Shown: positions 36,336-46,429 of the stretch, piece by piece | Layout of the letters: every line of letters starts with the position of its first letter | Numbering within the stretch: position 1 is the stretch's first letter | From: Chthonomonas calidirosea | GTDB lineage: Bacteria; Armatimonadota; Fimbriimonadia; Fimbriimonadales; Fimbriimonadaceae | Assembly (NCBI GenBank): GCA_945859975.1 | Contig: CAMAPH010000016.1 | Coordinates: 1 to 58,086 of the forward strand | Length of the DNA: 58,086 bases | Reading direction: 5' to 3' | Position numbers and translations under genes: made by a program | The notes under the pieces: generated by a model | Database searches by the model: none | Seen by the model: the letters and a program-made list of their open reading frames with translations, nothing else | Told to the model about the DNA's origin: nothing

Positions 36336-38786
36336 ATGAGATGCCGACGTCCTATCTTGGCCGCGCTCGGGTGCGCACTTGCAACATTTGCATGGGCAGC
36401 ACCGTCCGACCCCGGCAGTGTAACCCCGAAACGAGACCTCGTCATTTGGGGCGTCAGCATCGGAGCCGACTCGAAAGGCCAGAGCGCCGTCATCCGAGAG
36501 TTTGAGCGCCGAAACCCGGACGTGCGCGTTCGCATCCTGAGCATGGGCGCGGGTCAGATGGACCCGCAGAAGTTGATGACGAGCATCGTTGGGAACGTTG
36601 CTCCCGACGTGATCAACCAAGACCGCTTCACGATCGCCGACTGGGCGAGCCGCGGCGCATTCCGGTCGCTCGACGACTTGATTGAGCGAGATAAGGATAA
36701 AGATCCCCTCACTCCCAAATTTGAGGACTACTACGAGGCGCCTTGGAAAGAGGCGATGTATGACGGCAAGATTTACGCCATCCCGACCGGTGCCGACAAT
36801 CGCATCCTCTACTGGAACCGAAAGATTTTTCGTGAGCAATCGGCCGAACTTACTGCGGCTGGTCTCGATCCGAGTCGACCCCCGCGAACCTGGCCCGAAC
36901 TGCTCGCTTACAGCAAAGCCCTTACCATCCGAAACAGCGACGGTTCGCTAAAGCGAGCAGGGTTCATTCCTAACTTCGGCAATGCATGGTTGTACATGTA
37001 TTCCTTCCAGAACAACGCTGACTTCATGACGGCGGACGGGAAGAAATGCACGTTATACAGCCCGGCCAGCGAGGAAGCCCTCAACTTCATGAAGGAGGGC
37101 TATGAACTCCTCGGGGGTTATGAGAACGCGAAGTCATACGAATCCGGATTCCTTGGCAAAGAGAACGATGCGTTCATAACCGGCAAAGTCGCCATGAAGA
37201 TTGATGGCGACTGGATATTGAACGACCTTTCCCGCTACGCACCGCAACTTGAATTGGGTGCGGCCCCACCGCCGGTACCCGAAGATCGATTCAACAAGGT
37301 CGGTCGATTCAAGGACGAGAAAGACACGTTTATCACTTGGTTCGGTGGCTTTTCCCTCGCCGTCCCGAGAGGGGCCAGAAATGTGGCCGACGGCTGGGAG
37401 TACATCAAGTTTGCTACCAGCACGGAGGGCCGCATGATCGAGTACGCCGCCCAAAGGGATTGGGAGCGTCGCCGTGGTCGGACCTTCATTCCGCGAATGC
37501 TCGCCAGCCGAAATGCGAACGAGCAGGCATTTGAGCGATTCAAGCCAGCCGACAAAAAGTTTGCCGATGCGCTGTCCATGCACATCGAAATGGCACCCTA
37601 TGGCCGAGTTCGGCCAGCGACGTTCGTCGGCCAAACACTATGGAGCGAGCACGTTAAGGCCATGGAAGCCGCGCTCTATGGCAAGGCCACCTCGAAGGAA
37701 GCGTTGCTGGCCGGACAGGCCGCCGTGCAGCGGGAACTTGACGCCTTTTACAGCAAATCAAACTATCCCGTCATCGATTTGGCGATCCCAACCTACATCG
37801 CGATCGGAGTTCTTGTTGTAGCGCTTGCGATTGGTGGCGTTTGGTTCTCGAAGCTGAACCTCGGAAGACTCGCGAAGAACGAGGCGAAATGGGCTTACCT
37901 ATTTGTTGCGCCTTGGGTGATTGGGTTTGTCGTGCTCACGCTCGGGCCGATGATCGCATCGCTGTTCTTCAGCTTCACGCAGTACGACGTTCTGAACGAA
38001 GCTCGATGGGTGGGTCTCCGCAACTATCAGGAGATGTTCACCAGCGACCGAACCACGGTTCTCAAGGCATTTAGCAATGCGGCTTATCTTGCGATGGTTG
38101 GTGTTCCTCTTGGGCTCGCAACTGGGCTAGCCGTAGCAATGCTGCTCAACGTATCGACGAAAGGCATGCGGTTCTATCGAACTCTCTTCTACATGCCGGC
38201 CATCGTTCCGGTTGTAGCGAGCGCCGTTCTCTGGACATGGGTGCTCACTCCCGACCCAAGCAAGGGGCTCATCAACTCGTTTTGGAAGGAGACCTTGACC
38301 GCGTGGCTTTCCGTACCGCCACCGACTTGGCTTCAAAGTGCGGACTGGGCAAAGAACGCGCTGATCCTCCAAGGACTTTGGGGGGCGGGAAGCGGAATGT
38401 TACTTTGGCTCGCTGGATTAAAGGGTGTTTCCACGACGCTTTACGAAGCTTCCGGGATTGATGGAGCCACCCCAAGGCAGCAGTTCTGGAACGTTACGTT
38501 CCCGATGCTCACGCCAATTGTCTTCTTCAATTCGGTCATGGGCTTCATCGGGGCGATGCAAGAGTTCGACCGGCAGTACGTTATGAAGCCATCGAAGGAT
38601 GGCCCGATCGGTCCGGACGATGCGCTCTTGACTCCGGTCTATCACCTCTTCCGAAACGGCTTTGCCTTCTTCAAGATGGGCTATGCCTCCTCCCTCGCCT
38701 GGTTGATCTTCGTGGTCATCATGGTCCTGACCTTCACCCAGTTTCGACTGCAAGATCGCTGGGTCCACTACGAGACAGATAAGTGA
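36336..38786 (+). CDS. Fused carbohydrate ABC substrate-binding protein and permease
   Basis: Signal peptide; SBP_bac_1-like region (FERRNPDVRV, APDVI, DGKIYAIP, LYWNRKIF, PPRTWPEL); C-terminal permease (YLFVAPW..GF, WVGLRNY, RTLFYMP, LYEASGIDGA EAA motif, MGYASSLAW). Confidence 0.9.
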   Translation: MRCRRPILAALGCALATFAWAAPSDPGSVTPKRDLVIWGVSIGADSKGQSAVIREFERRNPDVRVRILSMGAGQMDPQKLMTSIVGNVAPDVINQDRFTIADWASRGAFRSLDDLIERDKDKDPLTPKFEDYYEAPWKEAMYDGKIYAIPTGADNRILYWNRKIFREQSAELTAAGLDPSRPPRTWPELLAYSKALTIRNSDGSLKRAGFIPNFGNAWLYMYSFQNNADFMTADGKKCTLYSPASEEALNFMKEGYELLGGYENAKSYESGFLGKENDAFITGKVAMKIDGDWILNDLSRYAPQLELGAAPPPVPEDRFNKVGRFKDEKDTFITWFGGFSLAVPRGARNVADGWEYIKFATSTEGRMIEYAAQRDWERRRGRTFIPRMLASRNANEQAFERFKPADKKFADALSMHIEMAPYGRVRPATFVGQTLWSEHVKAMEAALYGKATSKEALLAGQAAVQRELDAFYSKSNYPVIDLAIPTYIAIGVLVVALAIGGVWFSKLNLGRLAKNEAKWAYLFVAPWVIGFVVLTLGPMIASLFFSFTQYDVLNEARWVGLRNYQEMFTSDRTTVLKAFSNAAYLAMVGVPLGLATGLAVAMLLNVSTKGMRFYRTLFYMPAIVPVVASAVLWTWVLTPDPSKGLINSFWKETLTAWLSVPPPTWLQSADWAKNALILQGLWGAGSGMLLWLAGLKGVSTTLYEASGIDGATPRQQFWNVTFPMLTPIVFFNSVMGFIGAMQEFDRQYVMKPSKDGPIGPDDALLTPVYHLFRNGFAFFKMGYASSLAWLIFVVIMVLTFTQFRLQDRWVHYETDK

Positions 38787-40531
38787 TTTCTCCCCAATTC
38801 CTCTTCGCCATTGGGACCCTCCTTGCCTGGATCGGCTGGGGATTCGCGCTGTCTGCTGTCGCAAAGTTGGCCAGATACTTCGGCCGCGATCCGCGAGTTA
38901 ACCGGCCAGCGGAACTTCGTGGCGCTTTTGTGGCCGCTGCCATCGGCGGAGGGACTTTGCTCGTGAGTAGTCAAGCGAACCTCCTCACTCCGACCAAGGC
39001 GACCGGTGTATGGCGATTTCCGCTGACCTGGTTTGTCATGCCGTTTACAGCCTGGCTTATGGCGATATCGGTTGTGATGATCAGCATTCGCTCGGTGCAG
39101 TCCTTCTTGGCCATCACGCCAGAAGAGCGAACCGAGAAGTTGCAGACCCTCTTTGGATGGGTTGTCGTTATCGCAATTGCCGGCACGCTTTACTTCACCG
39201 ACAAGACCTCCAAGATTAACGTCTTGACTGGTGGGATCGAGGTCACTCCCGCGACCGGAGCCGGGCTCCTGTTCTTGGCGGTCGCTGCCGTCGCTGGAAT
39301 GACCTTAGCGGCTCAGGCCACGCGATCGCGCGATATTGCCCGGGGACTCACGAGCCAGCTGATGTTGTTGATCGGGTCATTCGTCTTCGGAATCCCGTTC
39401 GTCTTTGCGTTGGTTACGAGCTTTAAAGAGGACCAGGACATGGTCTCCCCTTCCGGTGGAATCGTTTGGATTCCTCGAGTGCAGCAGACCGTTCCATACA
39501 TGGACAAGAAGACTCCGCTGTATGCCGCTGATTACAAAGGGAAGAGTATTCAGGGCACCGTTCTCGACCGAAATGCGGACGGATCGGTGACGGTTGACAT
39601 CTTCAAGCCTCTTTCGATCCGCGGGACAACCTTCCAAACCGACGCATCAAAGCTCAAGGAGATTCCACGAGACGCTCCCGTCGTGACGGCCAAGTTCGGA
39701 TCACAAGAAGTGACTGGTTTTGTCACGGAAGAGATGGAAGACGGCCGCCGGCGGGTGGAGATCACCGAGCCGGAGTCGCTCAAGGGGAAAGTTCAGGTTT
39801 TCGAGCCGGCCCAGGTGCAAGCGGTACGTAAGACCGGCCTTCGCTGGCAGAACTATGAAGACACGTTCAGCTACCTGCCGCCCGAAACCAACAACGGGCT
39901 GGTGTATCTCAAAAACACACTCATCCTCGTGATCTTTTCCGTGATCGGCACGATCATGAGTTCGGCAATCGTGGCTTATGCCTTCTCCCGAATGTCATTC
40001 CCTGGCAAGGAAGCCCTGTTCAAGTTGTTGCTCAGCACGATGATGCTCCCGGCGGCGGTGACGCTATTGCCCCAGTTCCTGATCTTCCGGGGGCTAGGTT
40101 GGATCGACACGCTCTTCCCGTTGTGGGTGCCGGCGTTCTTCGGCAGCGCCTTCAACATCTTCTTGTTGCGGCAGTTCTTCAAGAACATCCCGATGGAGCT
40201 TGAGGACGCGAGCAAGATTGATGGCTGCTCCTACATTCGGACCTTCTGGGACATCATGCTGCCCCAAATCAAGCCAGCGCTGGCCGTCATCGCCATTTGG
40301 ACCTTCATGGGTGCGTGGAACAACTTTATGGGGCCGCTGATTTACATCAACTCTCCCGAGAATATGCCGCTGAGCTATGCACTTCAGCTTTTCCAAGGCG
40401 AACGTTCCGGTGAACCTGGCTTGTTGATGGCGTTCAGCGTGATGACGATGATGCCGGTGCTCTTGCTGTTCTTCTTCGCCCAGCGGTACTTCATTGAGGG
40501 CGTGACGCTGAGCGGGTTGGGCGGCCGCTAG
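38783..40531 (+). CDS. Carbohydrate ABC permease with extra N-terminal TM region and a large soluble insert
   Basis: [59 protein letters not shown] overlap with the upstream gene. Confidence 0.9.
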   Translation: MISPQFLFAIGTLLAWIGWGFALSAVAKLARYFGRDPRVNRPAELRGAFVAAAIGGGTLLVSSQANLLTPTKATGVWRFPLTWFVMPFTAWLMAISVVMISIRSVQSFLAITPEERTEKLQTLFGWVVVIAIAGTLYFTDKTSKINVLTGGIEVTPATGAGLLFLAVAAVAGMTLAAQATRSRDIARGLTSQLMLLIGSFVFGIPFVFALVTSFKEDQDMVSPSGGIVWIPRVQQTVPYMDKKTPLYAADYKGKSIQGTVLDRNADGSVTVDIFKPLSIRGTTFQTDASKLKEIPRDAPVVTAKFGSQEVTGFVTEEMEDGRRRVEITEPESLKGKVQVFEPAQVQAVRKTGLRWQNYEDTFSYLPPETNNGLVYLKNTLILVIFSVIGTIMSSAIVAYAFSRMSFPGKEALFKLLLSTMMLPAAVTLLPQFLIFRGLGWIDTLFPLWVPAFFGSAFNIFLLRQFFKNIPMELEDASKIDGCSYIRTFWDIMLPQIKPALAVIAIWTFMGAWNNFMGPLIYINSPENMPLSYALQLFQGERSGEPGLLMAFSVMTMMPVLLLFFFAQRYFIEGVTLSGLGGR

Positions 40532-41271
40532 AGCTTCAGAAACTCTTTCATCTCGGCGAACTTCTTTGGACCAATGCCTTTGATCTTGAGAAGTTCGTCG
40601 ATGCTTGCAAATCCGCCGTATGCTTGACGATAGTCGATGATTCTTTGTGCGGTCGCTGGGCCAATGCCCGGCAAGGACTGAAGCTGGTCTGCGCTGGACG
40701 TATTGAGTGAGATCGGACGGGCAGGCGGTTGTTTCTTGCTACTCGCCGGCTTCTTGACCGGAGATTCGTCCGAGCGTTTGCCAACATATTCCGGTGGCAT
40801 CGCGAGCGGAAGTGGGGCGAGGCTGCCAGTGAGCGGCGTAGGGCGGCCGGCTTTGGCTACACGGCTTCCTTTTGATCGGCTGGATCGACTGCTTGCCGGT
40901 GCGGCTTCGCTTCCGCGCTGAGAAACAAAAATCTGGCTGCCGTCAATCACCTTCGCCGCAAGATTTAGCCCGCTCAGATCTGCGTTCTTGGTCGGCTTGG
41001 CTTTGGCAATGGCCTCCTTGAGGCGAGTCGACGGCGCAAACGTGTAGATCCCGGGAAGTTGGACAGCTCCGGTGATGTGAACAACGGCCTCGGAAGGTTT
41101 GCCGGACTTGTTCTCAGGTTTTGGCTCAGAGAGGGCAGAGTCCCACCGCATCGGAGCCGGAGCTTGCCGAGAGCTGGTCGCCCAGTATCCGAATCCTGCA
41201 GCGATCACAAGTCCAACCAGCGACGCCAGATTTCGGCCGGTTTGGTTGAATTTGCCGTCTAAGCCGCTCAT
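40528..41271 (-). CDS. comEA: ComEA-family DNA-binding protein (SLBB and HhH)
   Basis: N-terminal [63 protein letters not shown]. Confidence 0.85.
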   Translation of the reverse strand: MSGLDGKFNQTGRNLASLVGLVIAAGFGYWATSSRQAPAPMRWDSALSEPKPENKSGKPSEAVVHITGAVQLPGIYTFAPSTRLKEAIAKAKPTKNADLSGLNLAAKVIDGSQIFVSQRGSEAAPASSRSSRSKGSRVAKAGRPTPLTGSLAPLPLAMPPEYVGKRSDESPVKKPASSKKQPPARPISLNTSSADQLQSLPGIGPATAQRIIDYRQAYGGFASIDELLKIKGIGPKKFAEMKEFLKL

Positions 41272-41290
41272 CTTGCCCCTTGCGGCAAGT

Positions 41291-42202
41291 TTAGACCAAG
41301 TTCAACATCGCCCATCGCCAGCCGCGGATAGAGACGTAGCACTCGGGCGCGGCGAGGGAGTTGAGCATCCGTTCCAAAATGAGCGCCGCGATATGAATCG
41401 TCGTGCCACGCCCCTTTTGAACGCCGATGACGACATCTCGCTCGGCGTCCGTCATCCGCATGAGCCATCCGACTGCTTTCCCGACTTCTTCATAGTCCAG
41501 CCGTGCGCCGTGGACCTCGTCGGGTCGCCAATCTTCCCAGCCTTCGCGAACGCAAACAAGATCGGTTCCCGGAGCTCCGAGGCAAACGATCTTCCCAGGG
41601 TCTGCCGGATTGATCGCGGTGCCAATCGTGTCGTCGATCCAGCTTGAAGCTCGCATAATCTCGGCTGGGCCGGGCGTTTCAATCGCGAGCAGTTCTCCTC
41701 GCAATTGCAACGTTCCGATCCCGAAACTTTTTTCGAAGCTCTTAACCCAGCCGCCATCCGTTCGAGTGGCCTGAACGACTTCGGTGCTCTGCCCGCCCGG
41801 ATCAATGATCGTGATTCGGCTGGCATCGGCAAATGCCGCGTCATCCGCAACGGCTAGGAACCCAAGCTCGGCCTCTTGAACATCCGAAAGAACGACTACG
41901 GGGGTGCCCTGTTGCTCAGCCGCCTGCAGAAACTCTTGGGCGTTCTGGGCGAGTCGAAGGGCGGCCGTACCTCCGGCGAAGATTGTGGCCGCACCCTCGG
42001 AATGAGCAATCGCCCAAAACTCAGCCAAAGTTGCGAGGGTGTCCGCCTTTCGGTGGGCGAGAATTTGCCCAGTTTGTTTGACGCCTTCGCCAAGCAAAGT
42101 CACTTTGCTTCGCTCCGCAACTGCATTCCAGCCGGCCTCCGATTTCTCGGCAACCAACAGCAGAATGGATCCCGATCCAACATCAATTACGGCGTGACGC
42201 AC
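41291..42202 (-). CDS. Ppx/GppA phosphatase family protein (short form)
   Basis: [39 protein letters not shown]. Confidence 0.85.
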   Translation of the reverse strand: MRHAVIDVGSGSILLLVAEKSEAGWNAVAERSKVTLLGEGVKQTGQILAHRKADTLATLAEFWAIAHSEGAATIFAGGTAALRLAQNAQEFLQAAEQQGTPVVVLSDVQEAELGFLAVADDAAFADASRITIIDPGGQSTEVVQATRTDGGWVKSFEKSFGIGTLQLRGELLAIETPGPAEIMRASSWIDDTIGTAINPADPGKIVCLGAPGTDLVCVREGWEDWRPDEVHGARLDYEEVGKAVGWLMRMTDAERDVVIGVQKGRGTTIHIAALILERMLNSLAAPECYVSIRGWRWAMLNLV

Positions 42203-42248
42203 CGGGAGAGGGTACCGCCGGAATCCACTTTGCAACGGGTAATTTGAG

Positions 42249-43700
42249 GTGGTGGCGAAACTTCTTGGCATCGACATCGGCACTTCCGGCTGCAAAGTCA
42301 TCCTCATCGACGAGACCGGCAAGGTTCTCAAACAAGCTTCCGCCGAGTATCCGCTGAGTTCGCCTCAACCCCTTTGGTCCGAGCAGAACCCCGAAGATTG
42401 GTGGACCGGGGTCGAAAAGTGCCTTGTTGAAATCGGTGAGCCAAATCCAGACGCAATCGGAATCGCCGGTCAAATGCATGGTGCGGTGTTCCTCGACGAG
42501 AACGACGCCATCATTCGCCCTGCCATTCTTTGGAACGATCAGCGGACCGCCGAAGAGTGCGCAGAAATCGACGCCACCGTTGGCAAAGATCGGATGCGAG
42601 ACATCACTTTCAACCCACCTCTCACCGGGTTTCAGCTGCCAAAACTGGTCTGGCTCCGAAATCATGAGTTGAGCAAGTACTCGCAAGTTCGGTCGCTGCT
42701 GCTTCCAAAGGACTACATCCGATTCCGGATGACGGGCGAGAAGGTCACGGAAGTCAGCGATGCAAGCGGAACGAGCATGTTGGACGTGACGAGCCGAAAT
42801 TGGTCGCAAGAAATTCTCTCAGCGCTAGAGATTGATGCCGCGATCTTGCCAAGGGTTGTTGAGTCGGACGAAGTGACTGGGCACACCAAGGCGGTTGCCG
42901 GGTTGTCGGCGGGAACTCCGGTCGTCGGCGGCGGTGGCGACCAAGCCGCGGCGGCGGTTGGAACTGGAGCTGTTTCGCCGGGAATCATCAGCGTCAGCCT
43001 GGGTACGAGCGGCGTCGTTTTCACTTCGGTCGAGAAGCCGATCTACGATGCCACCGATGCAACTCACACTTTTTGCCACGCTAATCGCGGCTGGCACCGA
43101 ATGGGCGTGATGTTGAGCTGCGGAGGGGCGGTTCGATGGCTGCGTGACACTTTGTATGCCGATTCACCGTTCGACGACGTGACGGCGGCCGCAAACTTGG
43201 TCCCGGTAGGTAGCGGTGGTTTGACTTTTGCTCCGTACCTCGCGGGTGAGCGAACGCCACAGAATGATCCTTACCTTCGCGGTGCGTGGGTCGGGCTTAC
43301 GCTCTCGGCCGGGCGAGCAGAAATGGCCCGGGCTGTTTTTGAAGGCGTGACGTTTGGTTTGCTCGATGGGTATCGCGCGCTGGTTGGCGATTCTGCCGCC
43401 GACGCAGAAGTCAGGATTACGGGCGGCGGAGCGAAGAGTCCGTTTTGGGCTCAGATGATCGCAGACGTCTTTCAAGCCAAATGTGCAAGTTTGGAAACCG
43501 ATGAGGGACCGGCGTTCGGAGCGGCGATTCTTGCCGGAGTTGGTGTCGGAATTTGGCCAAATGTGGCTGAAGCGTGCGCGGCAACCGTCCGTTCTCGGGC
43601 GGTCACCGTACCTAGCGGCGCGGATTATTCTGAAAGTTACGCAAGATTTTCAGAAATCAGTGCTCCGTTACAGAAATGGTGCGCTCGTTACCGGTCATAA
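42249..43700 (+). CDS. xylB: Xylulokinase
   Basis: LGIDIGTSGCK, WSEQNPEDWW, GQMHG, RPAILWNDQR, LLPKDYIR, SDASGT, GGGDQAAAAVG, SLGTSG, PYLAGERTP, GGGAKS. Confidence 0.9.
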   Translation: MVAKLLGIDIGTSGCKVILIDETGKVLKQASAEYPLSSPQPLWSEQNPEDWWTGVEKCLVEIGEPNPDAIGIAGQMHGAVFLDENDAIIRPAILWNDQRTAEECAEIDATVGKDRMRDITFNPPLTGFQLPKLVWLRNHELSKYSQVRSLLLPKDYIRFRMTGEKVTEVSDASGTSMLDVTSRNWSQEILSALEIDAAILPRVVESDEVTGHTKAVAGLSAGTPVVGGGGDQAAAAVGTGAVSPGIISVSLGTSGVVFTSVEKPIYDATDATHTFCHANRGWHRMGVMLSCGGAVRWLRDTLYADSPFDDVTAAANLVPVGSGGLTFAPYLAGERTPQNDPYLRGAWVGLTLSAGRAEMARAVFEGVTFGLLDGYRALVGDSAADAEVRITGGGAKSPFWAQMIADVFQAKCASLETDEGPAFGAAILAGVGVGIWPNVAEACAATVRSRAVTVPSGADYSESYARFSEISAPLQKWCARYRS

Positions 43701-43721
43701 TTCCGTCGTACGTCTAGGTTG

Positions 43722-43749
43722 TTGCCAGAGTTTCTGACTCTGGTACATT
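43722..43749 (+). promoter_or_regulatory. Putative sigma70 promoter of rpsA
   Basis: TTGCCA-N16-TACATT with TGn extension; overlapped by the inverted repeat CCAGAGT-N5-ACTCTGG. Confidence 0.5.
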
Positions 43750-43784
43750 CAAATCTCAGCCGTAGGAGCTTTTTCCTGTTTCCC

Positions 43785-45563
43785 ATGACCATCGACCAGA
43801 ACCAGACGCCTGCGGAGGCGGACACCAACGTGACCCCCGAAGCTATTCAGGCGCCCGACATTGAAGCCGTGACCACCGATGCCGTTACCACAACGGTAGA
43901 CACCCCCGATACATCATCGGACGTTGCGGAGGCAGCGTTGGACTCAGCCATTTCGACACCGGAAGCACCCGTTGCCGAAGCGCCCGCTGTTGAAGCGGTT
44001 CCCGCGGAAGCAGTTGCCGAAGTTGTCGAGACTGCACCGGCAGTTGAAGAAGCTTCTTCAGAGCCAGTTGCGGTTGCGACCGAGCCACAGGCAGCCGAAG
44101 TTCCTTCTTCGGACGCAGTAGCAAACGACTCGGCCGCGGTTGCGGCGCTGGCAAACGAAGCGCCAGCACCAGCACCCGTTGTCGAGGCCGTTGAAGAGCC
44201 AGTGAATGCAGGCGTAAGCGTTGATCCAGGCGGAATGGACCTGTTCGATGCCTTCATGAGCGGCAACTTTGCCGTTGATGGAGACGGAGCAGAAGGCGGC
44301 TTCAAGCGACTCAGCAAGGGCGAGCGAATTGAAGCGACGGTTATTCAAATTGAGAACGACCGCGTATTCGTTAACCTTGGAACGAAGTCGGAAGGAATTC
44401 TGCCGCTCGAGGAGCTTAGCGACGAGAACCTGACCACCGCAATCGGTCAGCTGACCGTCGGTCAGAAGATCAACGTTGTTGTTCTTCGCCCAGAAGGCGC
44501 AGAAGGCAACCCGATCGTTTCTAAGAAGCGAGCCGATTTTGAAGAGGTTTGGGATCGCGTTGAGCGAGCCCACCAGTCCCAGGAAACCTTGAACGCCATG
44601 GTCGTAGACCGGGTCAAGGGCGGCCTGGTAGTCGACGTCGGAGTTCGAGGATTCGTTCCGGCAACCCACGTTGGCAGCGGAAAGCTTCGCAACATCGAAA
44701 AGTACGTTGGGCAGGTTCTCTCGCTCAAGGTTCTCGAAATCGATCGAGATCGCCGAAAGGTAGTTCTCTCGAACCGAGTTGCAGAGGAAGAAAACAAGGC
44801 AGCCGCTAAGGAAGCCATTTTCACCACCGCAAAGCCTGGTGACATTCTTGAAGGAACGGTCCGACGACTTGCCGATTACGGCGCATTCGTTGACCTTGGC
44901 GGCGTGGACGGACTCCTGCACATCTCAGAAATGAGCTGGGCACGAATCAACCACCCGAAGGAAATGTTCAAGGAAGGCCAGGAAATCAAGGTCATGGTCC
45001 TTCGACTCGATCCATCGGTCGGAAAGATCAGCCTCGGACACCGACAGGTGCTTCCAGATCCTTGGAACTTGATCAAGGATAACTACCGAAAGGGCCAGAA
45101 GCTCACGGTCAACATCAGCCGAATCGTTCAGAGCGGTGCGTTCATCCGATTGCCAGAAGGTGCAGAAGCCTTTATGCCGGTCAGCGAGATGAGCGTTCGC
45201 CGAATCCGAAAGCCACAAGACGTGGTTGAGGAAGGACAGGTTGTCGAGGCGGAGATCATCGATCTTCGAACCGAAGACCGACGAATGGTTCTCTCGATGC
45301 GATCTTTGGGAGGCGGTGCCGAACTCCGACCTGGCGCAGAAGTCATGGAAGATGACGGACGCGGCATGCGCGGACGACGCAACAGCAAGACGGGCCGACG
45401 AGAGGGCGATGATGATGACGCCTCCGGCAGCCGACGCGGCGGGTTCAGCAGCGGTGGTGCAACCATCGGCGAGCGACTCGGAATGCTTAAGGGGCTTCTC
45501 AATCGAGAAGAGCCAGCAGAAGAGAAGGGCGACGACGCGGCCGAAGAGCCAGCAGAAGCCTAA
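43785..45563 (+). CDS. rpsA: 30S ribosomal protein S1 (four S1 domains, long acidic N-terminal extension)
   Basis: KSEGILP, VKGGLVVDVGVRGFVPA, YGAFVDLGGVDGLLHISEMSW, GAFIRL; followed by coaE. Confidence 0.93.
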   Translation: MTIDQNQTPAEADTNVTPEAIQAPDIEAVTTDAVTTTVDTPDTSSDVAEAALDSAISTPEAPVAEAPAVEAVPAEAVAEVVETAPAVEEASSEPVAVATEPQAAEVPSSDAVANDSAAVAALANEAPAPAPVVEAVEEPVNAGVSVDPGGMDLFDAFMSGNFAVDGDGAEGGFKRLSKGERIEATVIQIENDRVFVNLGTKSEGILPLEELSDENLTTAIGQLTVGQKINVVVLRPEGAEGNPIVSKKRADFEEVWDRVERAHQSQETLNAMVVDRVKGGLVVDVGVRGFVPATHVGSGKLRNIEKYVGQVLSLKVLEIDRDRRKVVLSNRVAEEENKAAAKEAIFTTAKPGDILEGTVRRLADYGAFVDLGGVDGLLHISEMSWARINHPKEMFKEGQEIKVMVLRLDPSVGKISLGHRQVLPDPWNLIKDNYRKGQKLTVNISRIVQSGAFIRLPEGAEAFMPVSEMSVRRIRKPQDVVEEGQVVEAEIIDLRTEDRRMVLSMRSLGGGAELRPGAEVMEDDGRGMRGRRNSKTGRREGDDDDASGSRRGGFSSGGATIGERLGMLKGLLNREEPAEEKGDDAAEEPAEA

Positions 45564-45575
45564 GTTTCTGACCAG

Positions 45576-45611
45576 AAAGAGGTCCGGCATAATGTGCCGG
45601 GCCTCTTTTTT
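45576..45611 (+). terminator. Intrinsic terminator of rpsA
   Basis: AAAGAGGTCCGGCAT-AAT-GTGCCGGGCCTCTTT stem running into a T tract. Confidence 0.8.
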
Positions 45612-45614
45612 CGT

Positions 45615-46184
45615 ATGAACCCCCGAACTTTTCCTGATCCAGCTTCATTTCAGTATCGCATTGCGATAACGGGAGGCATTGCAGAAGGGAAAAGCACGGT
45701 GCTCGGAATGATCCGTGAGGCGGGCTTCTACACAGAGAACGCGGACGTGATCGCTCGCGATGTGCTGAACTCAACTGCGGTAGCCACGGAGGTGCATGCG
45801 GCGCTTGGAACAGTGGACCCTGTCGCGCTTCGATCTTTGATCCGCTCATCGGATTCGGCCCGCGCAACCCTGAACGGCATTACCCATCCGCGAATCATTC
45901 AGCGCTTGATCGAGGGAAGACCCGGGTTCTATGAAGTGCCGTTGCTGTACGAAACATGCATTGCGAGTGCCTTCGACCAGGTCTGGGTGGTCACTTGTGG
46001 CGCCGCTGAGCAACTTGCTCGATTGACCTTGAGATATGGCTCAGAAACCGAAGCAAAGGCCATGTTGGCCACTCAACTCCCAACTTCGGTTAAGAGTTCC
46101 CTTGCCGACCGAGTTTTTCGAACCAATCTTGGTTTACAAACCGTCCGGGACCTTGTATCAGACTCGATCTTAAACCTGAGTTAA
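45615..46184 (+). CDS. coaE: Dephospho-CoA kinase
   Basis: AITGGIAEGKSTV, ADVIAR, LNGITHPRI, EVPLLYE, QLARL..R, QLP...K...AD. Confidence 0.9.
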   Translation: MNPRTFPDPASFQYRIAITGGIAEGKSTVLGMIREAGFYTENADVIARDVLNSTAVATEVHAALGTVDPVALRSLIRSSDSARATLNGITHPRIIQRLIEGRPGFYEVPLLYETCIASAFDQVWVVTCGAAEQLARLTLRYGSETEAKAMLATQLPTSVKSSLADRVFRTNLGLQTVRDLVSDSILNLS

Positions 46185-46191
46185 CCTTAGG

Positions 46192-46220
46192 TTGCTTGCG
46201 CGAAAGTATCGTGCTATACT
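46192..46220 (+). promoter_or_regulatory. Sigma70 promoter TTGCTT-N17-TATACT (extended -10)
   Basis: Correct spacing with TGn extension; implies a ~200-nt leader before the gene at 46430. Confidence 0.65.
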
Positions 46221-46429
46221 CGCCGTGCCCTTGCGGTTAGGTCTTCGGACCTTATTGTGCGGGCCCAGCGATCGCGGGTTAAAGATCAAGGCAGAGGGTT
46301 AACACAATTGATGGAGATCAGAGGAAGGACTCAGCGCTCCGGATTGAAGGTCGCCGATCGGCGCTTGAATCCGCAAACAAGGGGCGATCGCCCAAATTTC
46401 AAGAGGATGTACATGGAGGACGCGTCAAA

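Noticed and set aside
46227..46393. 6S RNA or SRP RNA assignment for the long leader
   Set aside because: End-to-end pairing is possible, but there is no convincing apical stem and no intact SRP core; left as an unassigned structured leader
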